Made by a program: the position numbers and the translations under genes
Shown here: positions 58,932 through 61,544 of the stretch, in pieces
Layout of the letters: each line of letters begins with the position of its first letter
Numbering within the stretch: position 1 is the stretch's first letter
Notes under the pieces: model-generated
What the model was told of the DNA's origin: nothing
Seen by the model: only the letters and a program-made list of their open reading frames with translations
Databases searched by the model: none
Assembly: GCA_014874265.1 (NCBI GenBank)
Contig: JACWAM010000069.1
Location: 1-61,544, forward strand
Length of the DNA stretch: 61,544 nucleotides
Direction: 5' to 3'
Origin: Thermoleophilia bacterium
GTDB taxonomy: Bacteria; Actinomycetota; Thermoleophilia; BMS3ABIN01

Positions 58932-60820
58932 CTAGGACAATCCCAGCTGCTGGCGTTTATCCTCGATGTGCCTGGCGATCATCGCCGCCGCGCTTTCCGG
59001 CTCATCGTCAACGGCGACCCGGCCGCCGGTAAGGCCTTCGATGTCCTGAGTCAGCACCCGCGTGACCAGGTCGCTGCCGGTCACGGGCGGAACCGGCGAC
59101 AGGTGCGTAAGCAGTCCGTAGGCGACCGCGAAAAAGGCATCCGCGACTGCTTTCTGCTCCAGCCATTCGGGCGCCGACACGGCCACCGGCAGCTCGGAAA
59201 TATCAACGTCAAGCACGTCCGCAACTGCGGCGGCAATGTCAGCGATGCGGCCGATGTCGGTACACGATCCGAATGACAGCACTGGAGGCACCCCCAGGGA
59301 TTCACAGACAGCTTTGAGGCCAGGACCGGCCTTGCCGGATGCGTCAGCACCGGTGAGGCCAGCGTTTTGCACGGTCGAGCTGGTGCAACCGCCGGTGACT
59401 ACCAGGATGTCGCTTGCGATCAAGCGCTCGGCTATGCCGATGATGTTGCCGCCCCTTGCTTCCGGGCCGGCGGTGGTGCAGCCAACTACAGCAGCGATTC
59501 CCCGGATGGAGCCGGCGGAGATCGCGTCCACCAGCGGCTGGACGCTGCCTCCCAGCGCCGCCACCATCGATTCAGTGGAAAACCCGGCGATACTGCTTTG
59601 GCTCTCTTCGGGAATGTTCGCTTCGCCGCGTTCGCTGAAAGCGGCCACCGCCTGCCGGAGGATTTCCCTGGCGGTCTCGCCGGCGGTTTCCGGCGTGTGT
59701 TCCAGGCGCTCAACGCCGCTCATCCGCACCGCCTGGTCGGTAGTGACCAGCCGCGTGGAAAATCGCTCGGCATATTCCGGCAGCGAAGGGATCGAGCAGT
59801 TGTAATCCATCATCACCAAGTCAACGGCGCCGGTCCCCAGCACGAATTCCTGGTGCAGCCAGTTGCCCAGCTGGCCGGCGAAGCCGCTGTTGCCGCCGTC
59901 CCTCTGAAACAGCTCCTGGCCTTCGCACATGGAACCGTAGACCTTGATGCCCGCGGCTCCGGCTGCGGCAGCTTTCTGCGCGAACTCTTCGCTGGCAGCA
60001 AGCTCCGTCACCAGCGACGCCAGCAGCGGCTGATGGCCGTGAGCGAGATATTGACCGTTGCCGGGTCCAGCATGCCCAGATTTGTCGAATTACCGCCGAT
60101 GCCGGCGCCACCCATGAGGATATCCTGGAGCCGGTTGATGGCGTGCAGGCCGGCGTAAGCATTGGCGATGGAGAGCTTCATCGCTGTCAGCAGCAGGTCA
60201 ACCGGATCATTGTTGACGTTTGTCATGCATTTGACCAGGGCGGTGCGGATCTCGGCATTGACGCCGCCGGGCATGACGCCCAGCTGGCGCCAGGCGGCCA
60301 CCCGCCTGGCCGGCGCCAGAGCCTCCACCAGCACCATCTCTTCGTTATCGGGCTTATTGATCTCATGAATGATCAATGATGCAACTTCCTGCGCAAGTCC
60401 GGCAGTGGACCGGCCGGCGCTGATTCCCAGCGTTGCCGCCAGCGCCGCGAGCCGGGAAGCGTCCCTGACGTTGAAGGCGCCGCCACTGCCCGCGGCAAGG
60501 AGCGCCCGCGCCGCATTTTCTGCATGATAAGTGTTACCGGCAGTACCGATAGCGGCCTTCTGCAGCAGGTTGCGCGACACGATCAGGTCTGGTGAAGAGC
60601 CGCAGACACCCGCCGGCGATTTGGCCGTGATCCGGCAGGGCCCGTTGGCGCACAGGGTGCAGCAGGTTCCCGTAAGGCCCTGCTTGCACTGGGGCTGCTG
60701 ACTTTCATAACGGTCAAAAACAGTGGTCATGCCCGCTTCGTGGACTGCTGCGTCCAGCGAGCACAGGGCAGGGTCGTCGCAGAGGCCGAAATCAACCGTG
60801 TCTGATTTCCGGTTTTGCAT
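58932..60820 (-). pseudogene. cooS: Anaerobic CO dehydrogenase (CooS)-like gene, ~629 aa, with a 1-nt frameshift at ~60041-60043 (true lesion or sequence error)
   Basis: 5' ORF has QPQC, CCTLCANGPC, GVCG. 3' frame begins HGHQP and has YNC, VGC, GGC, GSCTD, EQKA. Adding one base restores a single ORF. Confidence 0.85.
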
Positions 60821-60884
60821 GTGCGCTCCTCTCAAGAGTTGTTAGTTACGCCCCGGCGTTATCAGGCGGGCGCGCCACACAATA

Positions 60885-60941
60885 TAGCAATATAACCACT
60901 GAGTCAATAGTGTTTATCATGCGTGACAAATGGCATATACT
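60885..60941. promoter_or_regulatory. Back-to-back promoters and palindromic operator between cooS and its divergent regulator
   Basis: Minus: TTGACT (60907-60902), 17 nt, TATTGT. Plus: TTTATC, 17 nt, TATACT (60936-60941). Palindrome TTTATCA-TGCG-TGACAAA at 60913-60930. Confidence 0.5.
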
Positions 60942-61018
60942 TTTGGGAGGGATCAGGCAGGCAGTCAAATTTGCCGCCAGCCCGATTGGTTACCGTTTGC
61001 AGTAAAAGGAGGACCGTT

Positions 61019-61544
61019 CTGACAGCTGAAAATGAAGACGTTACTCGGATACTGGCCGATCCTACCCGGATGAAGATCTACCGGCACGTAATCGCCGCTG
61101 GCGGGGAACCGGTCACAGTAGCGGCGGTGGCCAGCAGCTTTGGCCTCCATCCCAATGTAGCCCGGATGCACTTGGAAAAGATGAAGGCCACCGGATTGCT
61201 CGAATCAGAGATATTTAAGCCCGGCACTGGCGGGCGTCCGGGCCGCTGTTACCGCGTGGGCGCCGCCGTCGCGCCTCAATACCCGCCGCGGAACTACCGC
61301 CTGCTGGCTGAGATCGCCCTTGGCGCTATTGAAAAAGGCCGCCGGCCGGAAAAAGTTGCCCGCGAAGCGGGCCTTGCCGGAGGGCGGCTGCAAATGGCGG
61401 AGCGGGGCCTGACCCTGGATAGCCTTCCGGCGGCGCGGCTCGATAGCCTGAAAGATTTTCTGGACGGGCAAGGCCTATTCGCCCGGTTTTCTGGCGGTGA
61501 AAATGGAAGGCTGGAGGTCGAGGTCCTTAACTGCATCTTCCGGG
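61019..61544 (+). CDS. ArsR-like HTH regulator (SufR/COG2345-like), runs off the window end; absent from the ORF track
   Basis: LADPTRMKIY, FGLHPNVARMHLEK, GRPGRCY, YPPRNYRLLA, NCIF; AAGGAGG SD 6 nt before a CTG. Confidence 0.85.
   Translation, partial: MTAENEDVTRILADPTRMKIYRHVIAAGGEPVTVAAVASSFGLHPNVARMHLEKMKATGLLESEIFKPGTGGRPGRCYRVGAAVAPQYPPRNYRLLAEIALGAIEKGRRPEKVAREAGLAGGRLQMAERGLTLDSLPAARLDSLKDFLDGQGLFARFSGGENGRLEVEVLNCIFR

Noticed and set aside
60913-60930. CooA/CRP-FNR box upstream of cooS
   Set aside because: Half-site spacing is N4, not N6; kept only as an operator of unknown type.
1-61544. CRISPR arrays, IS elements, integrases, prophage, rRNA, tRNA
   Set aside because: No repeat-spacer pattern, transposase, integrase or phage motif, or RNA gene signature seen.

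Overview
GC-rich bacterial window with no rRNA, tRNA, CRISPR array or intact mobile element. Gene content and order (UPF0182, comEA-comEC-holA...rpsT...murJ-lepA, dapB-dapA-rnj-ftsK...rodZ-pgsA-cinA-thpR-recA-rny-miaB) suggest an anaerobic, deep-branching Actinomycetota such as Thermoleophilia; this taxonomy is inferred. Accessory blocks interrupt the backbone: a rhodanese/glutaredoxin pair, a ku-ligD-pol NHEJ operon, a two-CW/GAF/GGDEF sensor, menaquinone genes, a complete hydrogenase operon with hyp genes, and a CooS-like CO dehydrogenase gene with a divergent regulator. Highlights missed by the ORF track: (1) the hydrogenase large-subunit ORF stops at an in-frame UGA at the Ni-ligand position (DP-UGA-MACAVH) followed by a bacterial SECIS-type hairpin, so it is a [NiFeSe] selenoprotein, and its small subunit keeps the [3Fe-4S]-type medial Pro; (2) an orphan ~80-nt C-rich sRNA with its own promoter, CsoR/RcnR-like operator and terminator; (3) a rod-like 6S-type RNA candidate upstream of rny, plus two other structured intergenic RNAs; (4) cooS broken by a 1-nt deletion just before the C-cluster His, with non-canonical catalytic residues; (5) a likely catalytically dead second hydrogenase protease, a degenerate GGDEF enzyme and an S20 protein with a ~125-aa tail. 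All calls were made by eye; no database searches or folding programs were run.
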